64,000 nucleotides of DNA from Octopus vulgaris (Eukaryota). Made by a program: the position numbers and the translations under genes. This document shows, in pieces, positions 12,487-27,351 of the stretch. Below the pieces are notes generated by a model that was not told where the DNA came from, ran no database searches, and saw nothing but the letters and a program-made list of their open reading frames with translations. The DNA lies in the NCBI GenBank assembly GCA_951406725.2, contig OX597815.1, positions 45,074,001-45,138,000 on the forward strand, read 5' to 3'. The number at the start of each line of letters is the position of its first letter. The stretch's first letter is position 1.

Positions 12487-13770
12487 AAGTATTTTTATCG
12501 TTTTACTTTTCTTTATTTATGTATAAATTTTTTATTTATCTTATATGTAGTTCATGAGCAATACGATCGACAGTGTACACAAGTAACAATTACTGCAAAC
12601 ATGTCAGACACTCCCATTAAGAAAACGTGTGTTAAATGCATTTTCACTTACATCACATAAACACAGCAGAATGTCACTATATTCTCATCTGATCTAACTT
12701 CCAGTCAAAGAGATTCACTTTCTTCGCTGCATGATATCTCTGGCGTACACATGCGCGCAAAAACAAGGGAGCTCGCTTTCTTCGCTGCATGACACCTCTG
12801 ACGTAGACATGCGCACAACAACAAGAGAGCTTTTAAAATACATATTCTTCTTGGACATGTCTCACGCTCCCACAATCCAGCTATTTATTTAAGGAGGCAA
12901 GACTTTGTAACGAGCATCTTAGTGGAAATTTGCGTTTAGGATCTGCATTTAGTACCAATATACTTCTGTTGGTAAATTTCACAAGCCAGTTTTACTTAAA
13001 AAGGCCGATTGGATCAAACGTAGAAACATTAAGTGGATTAGTTCTGAGATTATGTGTATGTGTAATTGTCCCACTCAGCCTAAATCACGATCCAACATAA
13101 AAGCCTGTACGTTGTCTCTCAACCTGTTATATATAACAATTAAATCTGTTAAAGCACACTCTAATAACTTTAAAAGAGTCGCATTAAATAATATGGAACA
13201 TGTGGCACTCCGCGTAGGAAAGGAGGTGAGTTGCTATAAATTGAAGGTAGCTGCGGTGGTAGCAAGAGTATGGATGAACCCAGACAAACAGATGGGTTTG
13301 CAACTTGGCACATGGAGAAGCAAAACCATGTCGGTTAGTGTTTCTTAAGGACTAAAACTCTTGGTTAAGAGCTGGATTTTGGATATGCTGAACAGATCAT
13401 GATAAATCTGATAGCCAGTAAGTTTCGACTGAACAAGCACGTGGAAAACGTTTCTGTCAATCTCCGCATATCTCGAACATTCGTACAAACTCAGCTTTCA
13501 GCATAGCTGTGTCTGAAGAATTTGGCCAGTACGATGCAAAGTATTCTGCCTCGATAGCACTCTGAGGTCAAGAATTCTTGGAAAGGCAACACTTCGTCAA
13601 CTAGCATCATGATATTGGATTCACATCATACTAATGAGTGCAGAAAAACATATTCCTTAATCTGAATAAATCTCTCTAGTTATCTCTACTGCAAAACACT
13701 ACTGGGTGTTTCTGCATGATTTTAAATTCTAGTGGAAAATATACAGTTTGGTTTACTGCAAGCATATAAT

Positions 13771-13980
13771 CTTTTCTACTCTAGGCACAAGGCCCGAAAT
13801 TTTTTTTGTGGGGGGAAGGGAATTGATTAAATCGACCCCAATACGCAACTGGTACTTAATTTATCGATCTCGAAAAGTTGAAAGGCAAAGTCGACCTCGG
13901 CGGAATTTGAACTCAGAACGTAAAGACAGACGAAATACTGCTAAGCCCGGCGGGCTAACGCTTCTGTCAGCTTGCCGCCT
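13771..13980 (-). mobile_element. Meta-domain SINE S3 with 17-bp TSD
   Basis: TSD TACTGCAAGCATATAAT at 13754-13770 and 13981-13997. Confidence 0.92.
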
Positions 13981-14369
13981 TACTGCAAGCATATAATAAA
14001 CCACTAATTTTCTGAACAGCGCATAATAGTATCCTTCATTCAGTTTTAGAAAACATTTTCTTGAAAAGAGCTGAATAGTGGAACAAAAGGCAGTGATTCA
14101 AGTTTAATGTATTTTGCCTCTAATATTCACGGCTGCTTTCATTGGTTGCTTTATTTCATCTCATTTTATTTTCGTTTTATCTACCGTTATTCATCGTATT
14201 TTACGGCCATCTCATCATGATTTATTTAGATCTCTTACTAACTTTTTATTATCATCTTTAACATACTATCTTAGTTATGAATGCATTTTTTACTGCATTA
14301 ATGCGATCTCGTTTTCTTCAAACCTTTTGACTAAGTGATTTCGAGTTACCTAAAATGCAGGGAGAAGTA

Positions 14370-14578
14370 TATCGTATTTTCGGGCATACAAGTCGACATA
14401 GTATATAGTGTAAAAACGTTGTGTAAGCATTCAAACATCGTTACTGTCTTTCCAAATCCTGATGTATTTCACATGAAATTTTTGGTCTTCCAAAATCAAC
14501 TTGTATAAGTCGACCTACCTTCATTTAGCTGAAATTTTTGATCTGAGAAATTCGACTTGTATGCGAGAAAAGACAATA
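14370..14578 (+). mobile_element. pogo/Tigger-like MITE
   Basis: TIRs TATCGTATTTTCGGGCATACAAGTCGA / TCGACTTGTATGCGAGAAAAGACAATA. Confidence 0.65.
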
Positions 14579-15929
14579 TCTGAAAGAAAAGTCTTTGAGT
14601 CACATCTAATCGTTCGACCGACACAGACTGATTTGGAGCTTGACAAAAACAACAATCAGACAAAATTATTGATCGATTTTTCAACATCTGAAAACATTAC
14701 GATACAACTTTTGTTGTGCATCATTTCAGGGATTTTATTAGAGTTGTTGATAGATATTCTTTCAAAGAACTGGCAGTTAGATCTTGTCATTACATATGTA
14801 TTACAGACAAAAGGAAAACAGCTTATGTGAGTCGTCTGTTTCATTAAGTCTCGTACCTTTAGGCTGTTTTAAACTATACATGTGTTACATCTCAAACACA
14901 GCAGATATTAATGTTTAACAAGTGTTAGCTACATCAAACAAGTTTTAACTCTCCATGTCTTGTACCCACACACATTCACATTTCACTATAAAGCTATAAA
15001 GCTTTCCACATATTTAGTACCCACGTTTCATGCCCTTTCTTTTTTTCTTTTTTCGGCGAAGGAACAGTGTCTTTCATTGGTAGGTCTGGTAGAAACATTG
15101 AAAGACAAACGGAGAAACTTTTGGTTTGTTACATAATGAAATACATTCAACGAAGGCTAGATAAGATAGTTTAGAAAAAATATTTAAACAAATATGAAAA
15201 TTAGAAAAAAATTTTAAAGGAAAAAAACATACTCAAAAAATCTTTGTAATTATAAAATAAGTGAAGAAGAGAATAGCGAAGAAAGAAGGGAATCAACACA
15301 TAGACAAATACAGAGAAACATAAGAGGAAAAGAACTTTTTTTAAATAATGTAATGCTTAGTAAAAAAAAATAATGGTTCTTAGATGTAAATATGTGTGAT
15401 TGTGTAAGCGCGTGTGTGAATGCATATACATACACGTGTGTGTATGTGTGTGCGCACGGGTGTGTTAGTGTATGTGCGTGTGTGTGTGTGTCCATATGTG
15501 CGTGTGTGAGCGTGCGTATTAAATGTATATAAAACAAGCCGCATGTATATATTAATTTTTTCACAGAGGCAAATCATTAATCTTTCCCAGCTGTGTGGAT
15601 GCTAAATAATAACAAAAAATTATAAATACTAAATATGTTAACAATATATCAACTAACTCGTATCCTCCGCATCTTTCTTCGCCTATCACAACACTTGCTC
15701 CACATTTCGTTTCTATTTTATCTCTTTTATATATCGCAAGCATCTCTCTATCTCTCTAGCTATCTCGTTCCCTCACTATCGTTCTTCTATGTTATTTGTA
15801 ATGTCGACTAATTTATGACAACAAAGTAACTTTAATTCAAAAATCTTTAGAAATGGAAAGTAAAGAAATTAACGGAAGGAAGGACGGCAAGGAAGACAAA
15901 AAAACAGAAGACAGAGGAAAAGAAAGAAA

Positions 15930-15975
<46 letters not shown>

Positions 15976-16035
15976 AATTATGGCAATAAAGAAATATACT
16001 AGATAAGAGAAACAAATATAAAATAAAAGCAAGAT

Positions 16036-16955
<920 letters not shown>

Positions 16956-17105
16956 CAAACGAATATAAAAAAAATGAAAGAAAGGAAACGAGAAAGGGAG
17001 AAATAATCCTTTCTATTACAGGCACGAAACCTGAAATTTGGAGGGAGGAGGCGAATCAATTTCCTTGTCCCCGGTGCTCAACTGGTAGGTATTTTATCGC
17101 CCCCT

Positions 17106-17340
17106 AAAGCGGCGAGCTGGCAGAATCGTTAGCACGTCGGGCGAAATGCTTAGCTGTATTTCGGCTGCCGTTACGTTGTGAGTTCAAATTCCGCCGAGGT
17201 CGACTTTGCCTTTCATCCTTTCGGGGTCGATAAATTAAGTAGCTGTTAAACACTGGGGTCGATATAATCGACTTAATACCTATGTCTGTCCATGTTTGTC
17301 CCCTCTATGTTTAGCCCCTTGTGGGTAATAAAGAAATAGG
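17106..17340 (+). mobile_element. Meta-domain SINE S3 (long tail) nested in an older antisense S3 copy (~17005-17490)
   Basis: TSD TAGGTATTTTATCGCCCCCT at 17086-17105 and 17337-17356. Confidence 0.9.
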
Positions 17341-18404
17341 TATTTTATCGCCCCCTTTAGAATGAAAGGAAAAGTCAACCTCGGCGGAATTTGAACTAAT
17401 AAAAAAGAAAAAAAAAACAGAGAGAAAGTCGAAAAAATGCTTTTGGGGATTTATGTGCAGTGTGCTAATGAATCTGCCATTTCACCGTTTTAAGAGAAAG
17501 GAAGAAATAATAGAAAGAAATATGAACGAATAATAGAAAGACCGATAAAAAAAAAAAGAAAAGGCAGAAACAAAGAATAGCTTTTCGAAGCTTTGTGAAA
17601 ATGTAAAGATATTTTATCCAGAAATTTCTAAAAGAAACCCTAGTTGTCTCGCTTTTTTCAGCGGCGTGAGTTGTGTTTATTGGCCTATTAGTTAGTCTGT
17701 CAACATCTCAGCGCATGAATCATTAGTTTGTATTTGTGTGTAAGTATAACGTTTCCAAATTAAGATGTCGTTTAAATTCATTCAAGTTAATTTAGATAGC
17801 AAGAATAACACAACTCGCTTTTAAAAGCGCATAATCCGAAGTCTCCCCGCCTCCAAGTGGTTTCACACATAGTTGTGATGCAGCAGTACAGGTGAGGAAC
17901 ACGATCTTACAACACCTGCAAAATCTCACCCGCCACCAACACCACCATCACCAGCAACAACAACAACAACTGGCATGCTTTCTCTTTTTACCTCCATCTA
18001 CAACTCCTGCAAGAATAACTATGTTTAAAAAGAAAATTAAAACAAAACACCTGCAAGCTGAATCACCTCTTATATATTACATCCCGTCCTTCTGGTTCTC
18101 CCACTAAGAGGATCTCTACTAACTTTACGCAATTCTCCTACTCACTGTAAACAATATTATCTTGTAAGCAGTACTCTCAGCTCCTACATTTTCTAGTTCA
18201 ATTTGTTTTCAACTTCACAATGCGCACATTCAACAAAACTCCTTCAAAATTTCTATTCTATTAATCCGCCTCCACGTACGTACACGCCAAGTACGAAATC
18301 AACAAATCAACGAACGCATCCACCAAGCTTTAATGGCTTTCAAACAATTCATTCTTCCATGATTTTCAAACAATGTGCTGAACAGTTCGCTCCTGTTAGC
18401 ACCA

Positions 18405-18474
<70 letters not shown>

Positions 18475-19824
18475 TACACACACACACTCTGAGTGCTGCA
18501 ATTCCTTTCAGTATTTACAAAAATGCCATAGTCCATTTATGTCCTATCACCGCCAAGAAAGATTTTGCCAAATATCGAACTCAAATTTTCTCATTAAACT
18601 TCCGAAATCTGACGGCATCTATATGCAATCTAGACAGCCCATGTTAAACCTGCACTGCATGTAAGAACAGTGTCCTTATAAACATCCTCCAGTGAGAATA
18701 TAATAACCATGTCGCTTTCAGCATAACAAGGTTGCACCTCTCCCTCTCTAATCCTGAATAAAAAGCAGTTAAAGTCTGAACGTTACCACAGGTGCTAGAT
18801 CTCACAATTTTTGGCAACCTAAATACATAGAATATTTTTAAAAAATCCCAAAAGTAAGTCTTTTTCAGGCCCAGAAAATACATTAGTTTTGATTATTTGA
18901 AGACCCTTTACAAAACTTCAATAAAATTTAAAATGGAGAACTCTTCCCATTTTGGGCGTGGAGGTGGAGGCTAGTTACATATATAAATATCTTAGGCTGT
19001 ATCTAAAAGCATATAACCTTACACAGCAATCTTTAACCCAGAGAGGATCTCTTACCCCTGTCTCTTGTATCATTTGTATTATGGTCGCGGCCTCATCACC
19101 CCGCGACTCTACATTTCTTGATTCTTTTAGAGTGTTCCTTCACCAGACTCTATTTTATCCTGTTTTCGGTTTTGTCATTTTATGGTGTTAGCCTTCTGGA
19201 ACTCCATCTCTATCTACGTTTTCCATGCAGATTTTCATGTTAAATATCAACTTTATCGATCTCACTATTCTCAGAAATCTTGTTAAGATTACAGTTACAG
19301 CATCTTCAGGAAAATAGTTTTGCTCTAGTATTGAAAATTCTTTTGAGAGAAAAATTTGTAGATTGGTGTAATCAGAAATTTCAGCTACTGTCATAATAGA
19401 TAATTGTATTTCTCTTTTCCTTTCTAGAATTACTCAGTACTTTAGGGTTAGCACTATACAAGAATGGTTCAGCCCACTCTTGAAGTTGCTAAATTATCGA
19501 ACTTTCTATAAGACGCAAAGTCTTGAAATATCGAATATCATTGACATCAGCTTCTAAAACTTTGGAAAACGTCTCTTCGCACTTCACCGTTCGTTGTTGA
19601 CTGTTTTTTTATATATCTTTGTTAGCAACTATTGCTATACGTTCAGGAGACATAGGACTCATTTGCACTGAAAATTCAGTGTTTCTGAAGCCAGATACAG
19701 TTTGAGACAAAAAAGCATATGCTTTAACATCTCTGTCAAATTGATATGAAATCATGTCGTTAACAACTTCACCGTTCATCTACCATGAGTCGATTAAATA
19801 AGTACCAGTCAAATACTAAGATTA

Positions 19825-20268
19825 CTGTAAATCCTCGAGTATAGCCCGCCCTTGAGTATAGTACGCAGGGGATTTTTAGGGTGCTGTACCTCTGAAAAAC
19901 TTAAACCTTGTGTATAATACGCACCCCTTCTCTAATTTGAGTCAAGGAGGTCTATATAACGTCCTTGGTTTGCAAAAATGTATACGGTAACGTCCTTTAT
20001 TATTAAACGTGTAGCTTTTTTGTGCATTTTGTTTGCAGAAAATAAAGAAATAACAGTAATAACGTTTAACTGCAAGTTATGAATGATTTAAGGTATTTTC
20101 GCACCCGACATCACAAAATGCGTCTGAATAAGCATTGCCGGACAGCAAATAGAGACTCGGGCATTGCTTAGAAAATAATTTTCCTCTTTAACCTCGTATA
20201 TATTACGCACTAGGGATTTTGAACTTTAAATTTTGGAAAAAATGCGGATTATACTCGAGGATTTACGG
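19825..20268. mobile_element. Tc1/mariner-superfamily (pogo-like) MITE inserted into a decayed S3 SINE
   Basis: TIRs CTGTAAATCCTCGAGTATA / TATACTCGAGGATTTACGG with a TA TSD. Confidence 0.9.
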
Positions 20269-20974
20269 TAGTCGAATTGACTTATTCTTCCCTCAAAATG
20301 CATGGCACTGTGCTAATGTAGGAAATTAATAGTCATGGTCTTCTGTTACATAATCTTATTTCGATAATTTGTGACGAATTCATCAAGAAAACCTGAGACG
20401 TTGAAGTCATATATTTTTCTCACTGATCTTTTAATATACAATATATTAGGATAGACATACGAAATATTATGATAAAAGTCATATAAACACAATAATCTCT
20501 CCCCACTCCCACTCTTCCCTATACCCCCCCCCACACATATATACTTGACACATATACACACAGCAACATGCATACACCACGCACACACGCATACATAATT
20601 GATTCTTTTAACCAAATACCGGCTGAACAATCTATGTAATTTGACACACAATCTGTGTAATTTGACAGTGAAATGATAAACATTAAGAGAATTCCTGTGA
20701 AATGTTTGCATGTCGAAAAGTCATTATATAAGGAGTAAAGACCTGTCTTTCTTGATTTCGCTATTTAACATTTGAATACTTCCGCTACTAAACTCCAGCA
20801 GTTTATGCTTTTATGATATATACACATACATATTCATGCACATAAAGATACATGCATATATACATACATATATACATACATTCATTCACACAAACATACA
20901 TATATACATACATACAAAGATACATACATACATGGATATATAAACATAACTGTACATATTTGAATGTATACGCT

Positions 20975-21036
<62 letters not shown>

Positions 21037-21067
21037 TCAGGATTATAGTCGAACATATTTCTATTTT

Positions 21068-21184
21068 TTGAAGTCTAGTATTTATTCGATCGGTCTCTTC
21101 TGGAGACCGTTATGTTACGGGGATATAAACACACCAACACTGATTGTCAGGTAGAGATGGGAGACAGAAAGAGGCGCACACACA

Positions 21185-21225
<41 letters not shown>

Positions 21226-21383
21226 CGTGCTTCTTTCAGTTTCCATCTACTATATCCACTCACAAAGCTCTGGACGGACCGAGGCAATAGTAGAAGAAAC
21301 TTGCCCAAGGTACCACGCAGTAGGACTGAATACGAAACCATGTGGTAAGGAAGCAATATTCTTGCCATACAGCCACGCCTGCA
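21068..21383 (-). mobile_element. CORE-like SINE S2, diverged
   Basis: Reverse-complement similarity to 60501-60910. Confidence 0.75.
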
Positions 21384-21400
21384 CCATATATATATATATA

Positions 21401-22288
21401 CGATATAGTGTATATTTATACACATAAAGAATCCACTTAAAGTGAATTCAGCACATTAGAAAGAACAGCTAGGTTCTGTAAACCACAAAAATAACGGATA
21501 AAATTCGACAGGAATAAATTTGGAAATGAAAAACATTTACCATCTAGTACCCTGGACCAGTTGGTTTCTGATCATCTTTTAGCGAGTCAGGGGGAACACA
21601 CAAGGGCTGATTTTCTTCAGCAAGGTCCAACCTAGGGTTAAACATATCCAACACGAGACAAACAAGGCTACTTGTCTCGTGTTCATACGAACTAACTTTC
21701 CAAATTTTACTGCGCAGACGCAGTCCTTCGCTGGCTACAATGAAAAACCGCCAACTTTTAACCGAAAATTATCCAAAAACTTACAGTATTTAATCATGTC
21801 AAAGGAAAATGGAATTTAATTAAAATTAAAACTTTCAATCAAAATTTACATTTCCAGTGGTCTAACGTGCAAAAAAAATTAGTCAAGAAGACTATATATT
21901 AGTCATACGATATAGCGTATATTTATACACATAAGGAATCCACTTAAAGTGAATTCAACACATTAGAAAGAACAGCTAGGTTCTGTAAACCATAAAAATA
22001 ACGGATAAAATTCGACAGGAATAAATTTGGAAATGAAAAACATTTACCATCTAGTACCCTGGACCAGTTGGTTTCTGATCATCTTTTAGCGAGTTTTGTG
22101 GTTTACAAAGCTGTTCTTTCTATGTTGAATTCACTTTAAGTGGATTCCTTATGTGTATAAATATACACTATATCGTATGACTAATATATAGTCTTCTTGA
22201 CTAATTTTTTTTGCACGTTGGACCACTGGAAATGTAAATTTTGATTGAATGTTTTAATTTTAATTAAATTCCATTTCCCTTTGACATG

Positions 22289-22290
<2 letters not shown>
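21401..22290 (-). mobile_element. Non-coding Penelope-like pseudo-LTR array: partial tandem plus inverted tail, between (TA)n tracts
   Basis: 21401-21587 repeats at 21908-22094 (~507-bp period). 22095-22290 is an inverted copy of ~21792-21995. Contains a hammerhead motif. Confidence 0.8.
21549..21626 (-). ncRNA. Type I hammerhead motif with long stem II insert
   Basis: ACCTTG-CTGAAGA-AAATCA...TGATCA-GAAA-CCAACTGG-TC-CAGGGT, with a GUC triplet. Confidence 0.7.
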
Positions 22291-22351
<61 letters not shown>

Positions 22352-22386
22352 GTAAATGTAATATGTGACAATTATTCGGTAACTAT

Positions 22387-22447
22387 GATAAAACTCCGAG
22401 TTTCGGATGCTGAGGTGGAAATCCCTGCCGCCATCTCTTCAGTTATC
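22387..22447 (-). ncRNA. Type I hammerhead motif, canonical core
   Basis: GATAA-CTGAAGA-GATG...CATC-C-GAAA-CTCGGAG-TT-TTATC, next to (TA)n. Confidence 0.75.
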
Positions 22448-22616
22448 CGGCCATCGGAAAAATTTGGTATATAGACGAAATAGTTACGGCTGTTTTGCTT
22501 TTGATCAATTAAATAAGTTGCAATATATAGACCCATATTTGATAAATTAATAATATCCTTGGAAAAATATGTATACAAATGCAAATTCTCACTATGATGT
22601 GGCTGTGTGGTAAGAA

Positions 22617-22996
22617 TGGGCTACAACAAAGAGAGAAGAACAGAGATTGGTAACGGCTCAAAGAGCCATGGAGAGGTCATTGCTAGGAATCTCGTTGAGA
22701 GAGCGCATCAGTAGCGAGGTCATCAGTGAGAAGTCCGGCGTGAGGGATGTCATCGTAGAATATATACGCAGCAAGTTTAGATGGGCTGGACACGTCGCCT
22801 GGTTCACCGATAATCGGTGGACACGCGCAGTTGTCGAGTGGTACCCGCGCGAGCAGAAACGACCACTCGGAAGGCCTCCACGACGGTGGAGTTATGATTT
22901 CAGGAGGACGATTTGGATCACGTGGATGAGGAAGGCGTGATCCAGAGATGAGTGGACAGCGTGTCAAATGGACGCCCGACGCACTGGTCGGTCAAT

Positions 22997-23000
<4 letters not shown>
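22617..23000 (+). mobile_element. RTE-clade LINE 3' end, 5'-truncated
   Basis: WATTKREEQRLVTAQRAMERSLLGISLRE...KFRWAGHVAWFTDNRWT...EWYPREQKRPLGRPPRRW. Confidence 0.9.
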
Positions 23001-23032
<32 letters not shown>

Positions 23033-23150
23033 AAAAATGGAACAAGAACGCAACAGACGACAATAAGACATCCGGACAGAGAGACGATACAAAGACGGAC
23101 AGGAAAAACAATAAACAGATGGACAGGAAAAAACAAGGGAGGTTCATTCG

Positions 23151-23228
23151 CAGCCTTCTCTCATCAGTCAAGTGTCCAGATGATACTTACAGTTTTGGCC
23201 GATTACACTTGAGACTGTTCAAATCTGG
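23151..23228 (-). ncRNA. Non-circularly permuted hammerhead-like motif, copy B, in a PLE-type fragment (23029-23258) between TA tracts
   Basis: Minus strand: CCAGAT..ACAGT-C-TCAAGTGT-AATCGGCC-AAAA-CTGT..ATCTGG-ACACTTGA-CTGATGA. Confidence 0.65.
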
Positions 23229-24291
23229 CTGTCCCCAAAATCTAAGCTAAGAGCATTATATATATATGTGTGTGTGTGTATGTGAGAGAGAGAGAGTGCA
23301 TAGTAACTATACATGCATATATATATGTATATATACGCACTCACACATAAATGCTTTCATTTACGTAGACGTACACATACACAAGTACGTACGTAACCTA
23401 CCTACCCACCTACATACATACATACATACATACATACATACATACATACATACATACATACATACATACATACGTACATACATACATGTATATATATATA
23501 TATATGTATATCTTAGTATAAACATCACTTGCACACATATACAAGCATACAATTGTGCTTGCACGTATGTATATGTATGTGGATCCATATGGATGTGTGC
23601 GTGTGTACTTTTATATTTCATACACATATTTTGTTAATGGTTTTATGTATCAGTCAATGAAGAAAGGGCGGTACCTATATCTTTCTTTCTGGCCTCTCAG
23701 GCTGACAAGAAGAATGAAAGATGTTATACCCTCACTGGAGACCTTACTCAAATACTTGCAACAGCCGTGGATTCCCCAAACAAAAGCCGTTGGACGAGGT
23801 GGTAGCATTATATCTATTGAAATCAACCATTCCAAAATAAGGAATTTTACTTTTGAAGGGCATTCTGTCAACCAAGTTTATTTACAAAAGCTTTGGTCGA
23901 CTCGAGGCCTTATTAGAATACTCTCGGCAGAATCATTAAAATGCTTACTCTTTTGAATTCTTTTGAATTATTGCGTTCTGAGTCCAAATTCCGGTGAGTT
24001 CAACTTTGGCTTTCATCATTTTGGGGTCGATAAAATAAGTACCAGTCAAGTACTAAGATCGATATAATCGACTATAATTGTTGAAACCATTATTATGTGG
24101 TTTTGTTCCTCATATTAGAAAGGATATTAGAAAACATTTGAGTTGGGTCTGGAACGACATGCTTTTTCTCCCCTTTTTTTACTTATTAAACTTCCTAATT
24201 ATATGCAATGACATCCTACATCTATAAATGTATCTACATTTGTACACATACATATCACACGCAAACTGCCACCGACAGCCACACACACACA

Positions 24292-24293
<2 letters not shown>

Positions 24294-24364
<71 letters not shown>

Positions 24365-24394
24365 CATATATATATGCATATATACATATATGCC

Positions 24395-24427
<33 letters not shown>

Positions 24428-24446
24428 GCATATATATATGTATATA

Positions 24447-24488
<42 letters not shown>

Positions 24489-24530
24489 TGCATATATACA
24501 TATATATATATATATACATATAGGCATATA
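24294..24530. repeat. Degenerate (TA)n array
   Basis: Direct reading. Confidence 0.95.
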
Positions 24531-25217
24531 TGAGTCTTATGTATGTTTGCGTAAGTATCAGCGTGCATGTCATCCACTTAAAATTTACTCGGCAGGGAAT
24601 ATTACATCGCAAATATCGCAGTTTATGTTAAATGTTCAATTTCTCATCCATCTTAGTCTGACACCAACAATGAAAAACGAAATTAAGCTTTTCCAGTGAA
24701 GGCTATCTATGTAAAATAATATTGTGTCTCTCTATCAGTTCACTAAACTATTTAACGACTATTTACAACTATTCTAACCTCCATTTAGACAGTGAAATCG
24801 TTCACCAAATATTTCCTTTCATTGAACTTATCATTCTTCAATCCATCAATCTTTATATTTCCTTCACGTTCTAACTATATACATATATTTTTTCATTCTT
24901 TGAATAATTTTCATTACCCCCACCTCCTGTTTGCCTCCATTTGCAATTTATCTTCTGATTTTCCTAAATACTCATGACCGTTTCAGAATTTACATATTCA
25001 AGTCAAATGCTATCCCTAAAACTCTCACTTGAAAGTCATACTCTTCCCCGGCATCATCCGAAATCTCGACATAACATGTTTACTCTAATCTTAAATGTTA
25101 CATATTTTAGTAATTTAAAACAGTTTTTTGGTCAAATTGCCATCAACTCTATACCGATTCTGACTACACATCATATACACGGATGTATGTATGTATGTAT
25201 GTATGTATGTATGTATG

Positions 25218-25248
<31 letters not shown>

Positions 25249-25599
25249 TTCTCATTTAAATAGAAGTTTTAAAATTATCTGTTACAAACTGCGTCAACTT
25301 GAACGGTTTTTATTCTAACATAAAATAAAATCTTCACTAAATGGAAAAGAACCCTGATATAGGATAATAGAGTTAGAGACAACAAATTTGCGACCGTCCT
25401 TCATTATAAATGTGTCTACTCAAGCTAACGAAGAAATTTCTGTGAGGCCGTTTGTTCTGGTGTAAATAGTAGCCAAACACCACTTATATCTTAGCTCAGC
25501 CAACTGTTTTTGTTGTTGTTGTTTTTTTTTTTTTGTTTTTTTTGTAGAAGGGCAAATAGTCACTTAATCGTTTAGTTCCAGATACAATACATCTGACTA

Positions 25600-25983
25600 G
25601 TGGAGGCGCAATGGCCCAGTGGTTAGGGCAGCGGACTCGCGGTCATAGGATCGCGGTTTCGATTCCCAGACCGGGCGTTGTGAGTGTTTATTGAGCGAAA
25701 ACACCTAAAAGTTCTACGAGGCTCCGGCAGGGGATGGTGGTGATCCCTGCTGTACTCTTTCACCACAACTTTCTCTCACTCTTACTTCCTGTTTCTGTTG
25801 TACTGTATATCAAATGGCCAGCCTTGTCACTCTCTGTGTCATGCTGAATATCCCCGAGAACTATGTTAAGGGTACACGTGTCTGTGGAGTGCTCAGCCAC
25901 TTACACGTTAATTTCACGAGCAGGCTGTTCCGTTGATTCGGATCAACCGGAACCCTCATCGTCGTAACCGACGGAGTGCTTCC
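25600..25983 (+). mobile_element. tRNA(Arg)-like SINE, head H1 + tail A, 11-bp TSD
   Basis: A box TGGCCCAGTGG and B box GGTTTCGATTCC. TSD ACATCTGACTA at 25589-25599 and 25984-25994. Confidence 0.92.
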
Positions 25984-26595
25984 ACATCTGACTAAAAGAC
26001 AAAATAGTTTCGGCTGTTTTGCTCTTGATCATAATTATTTTCGATAAGGGTTGAGATTAGATTGATGAACAACGACGACGAACATTGTGTATTCTGAATA
26101 TTTGCCTAACAGATTTTATCTGCATGTAAGAAGTTCCTCTCTCCTTCTTCTCCTCATCCTCCTCTCTCTCTCTCTTTCTGTCCGTCTTCTGTCTGTCTGT
26201 CTCTCTCTCTGAAAACTGACGATCGATGTAAAACAAAATAAAATAAAACCAAGGATGCCTTTTAAGCAATAAACTGCTTTCTCTATATAAGAAATGCCTA
26301 AATACGTAGAATGTTGAATTTATGTTGATTTTGTCTCAAGTTATACTGTGTTGATGATTCCAAATAAAGGATGAAATACTGCTGTGTATGGCTACCAACA
26401 ACAAGAAACTTTATGAGATTTATAATGTGTTGAGAAAAAAAAATTAAATGTGTATGCTCTGTGCAATATATTTACTTTTAGATGTAAATTCCAAAATTTG
26501 AGTTCTGTCTCAACTAAACTTAATCTAGAAGAGATTGTCTCCTCTATAATAGTTAATCACTAGGGCACAACACACGTTCGAACATTCTATCTACT

Positions 26596-26966
26596 AAGGC
26601 TGCGAGCTGGAAGAAACGTTAGCTCGACGGGCGAAATGCGTAGCCGTATTTCGTTGAGGTCGACTTTGCCTTTCATCCTTTCGGGGTCGATTAAATAAGT
26701 ACCAGTTATGCACTGGGGTCGATATAATCGACTTAATCCGTTTGTCTGTCCTTGTTTGTCCTCTCTGTGTTTAGCCCCTTGCGGGTCGTAAAGAAATAGG
26801 TATTCCGTCTGTCTTAACGTTCTGATGTCAATTTCCGCCGGGGTCAACTTTACCTTTCATTCTTTGGAGATCGATAAATTAAGTATCAGTTACGTACAGG
26901 AGTCGATTTAATCGACTGGCCCCCTCCCCGAAATTTTCGGGCCTTGTGCCTAGAGTAGAAAAGAAT
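26596..26966 (+). mobile_element. Dimeric Meta-domain SINE (long tail + short tail) under a single TSD
   Basis: TSD ATTCTATCTACT at 26584-26595 and 26967-26978. Contains two Meta domains. Confidence 0.88.
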
Positions 26967-27351
26967 ATTCTATCTACTTCCAGTTAATCAACAAATGTAC
27001 CACTTTTTGAAATCAGCATCTGTTAGAAGCAATTATCACTGTCAGAATAGTCACATTTTCGTTAGTTTTAATTTTAATTCTATGCTTTTTACATAAATCA
27101 AATTTCATACAAACAGTCAGCCCCACCCACATCATTATACGCTTTCTTCAGTTGTATGTAATCCTCAAATACGGGAACATCAGATTATGAAGTTCAAAGA
27201 TATTGGCTGGTTTCTTAAATGGCCACTCAAATACTTTTTTTTCTTATTTGGTTGTCATTATGGGCCCTAGGACTTCTAAGACCAGCTATCTGTTTCCCAT
27301 GGTGTATAAGCGACCGAGATGACAACACTCTCCCTTAACGGGACGAATCCA

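Noticed and set aside
19000-19780. Decayed coding-like minus-strand region
   Set aside because: Multiple stops; I could not assign a family.
23266-24699. Long ORFs rich in YI/HT/CV (also 30138-30817, 46520-47266 and others)
   Set aside because: They are translations of microsatellites, not genes.
25601-25675. tRNA-Arg gene
   Set aside because: It continues into a SINE body with a TSD and is multicopy, so it is a SINE head.
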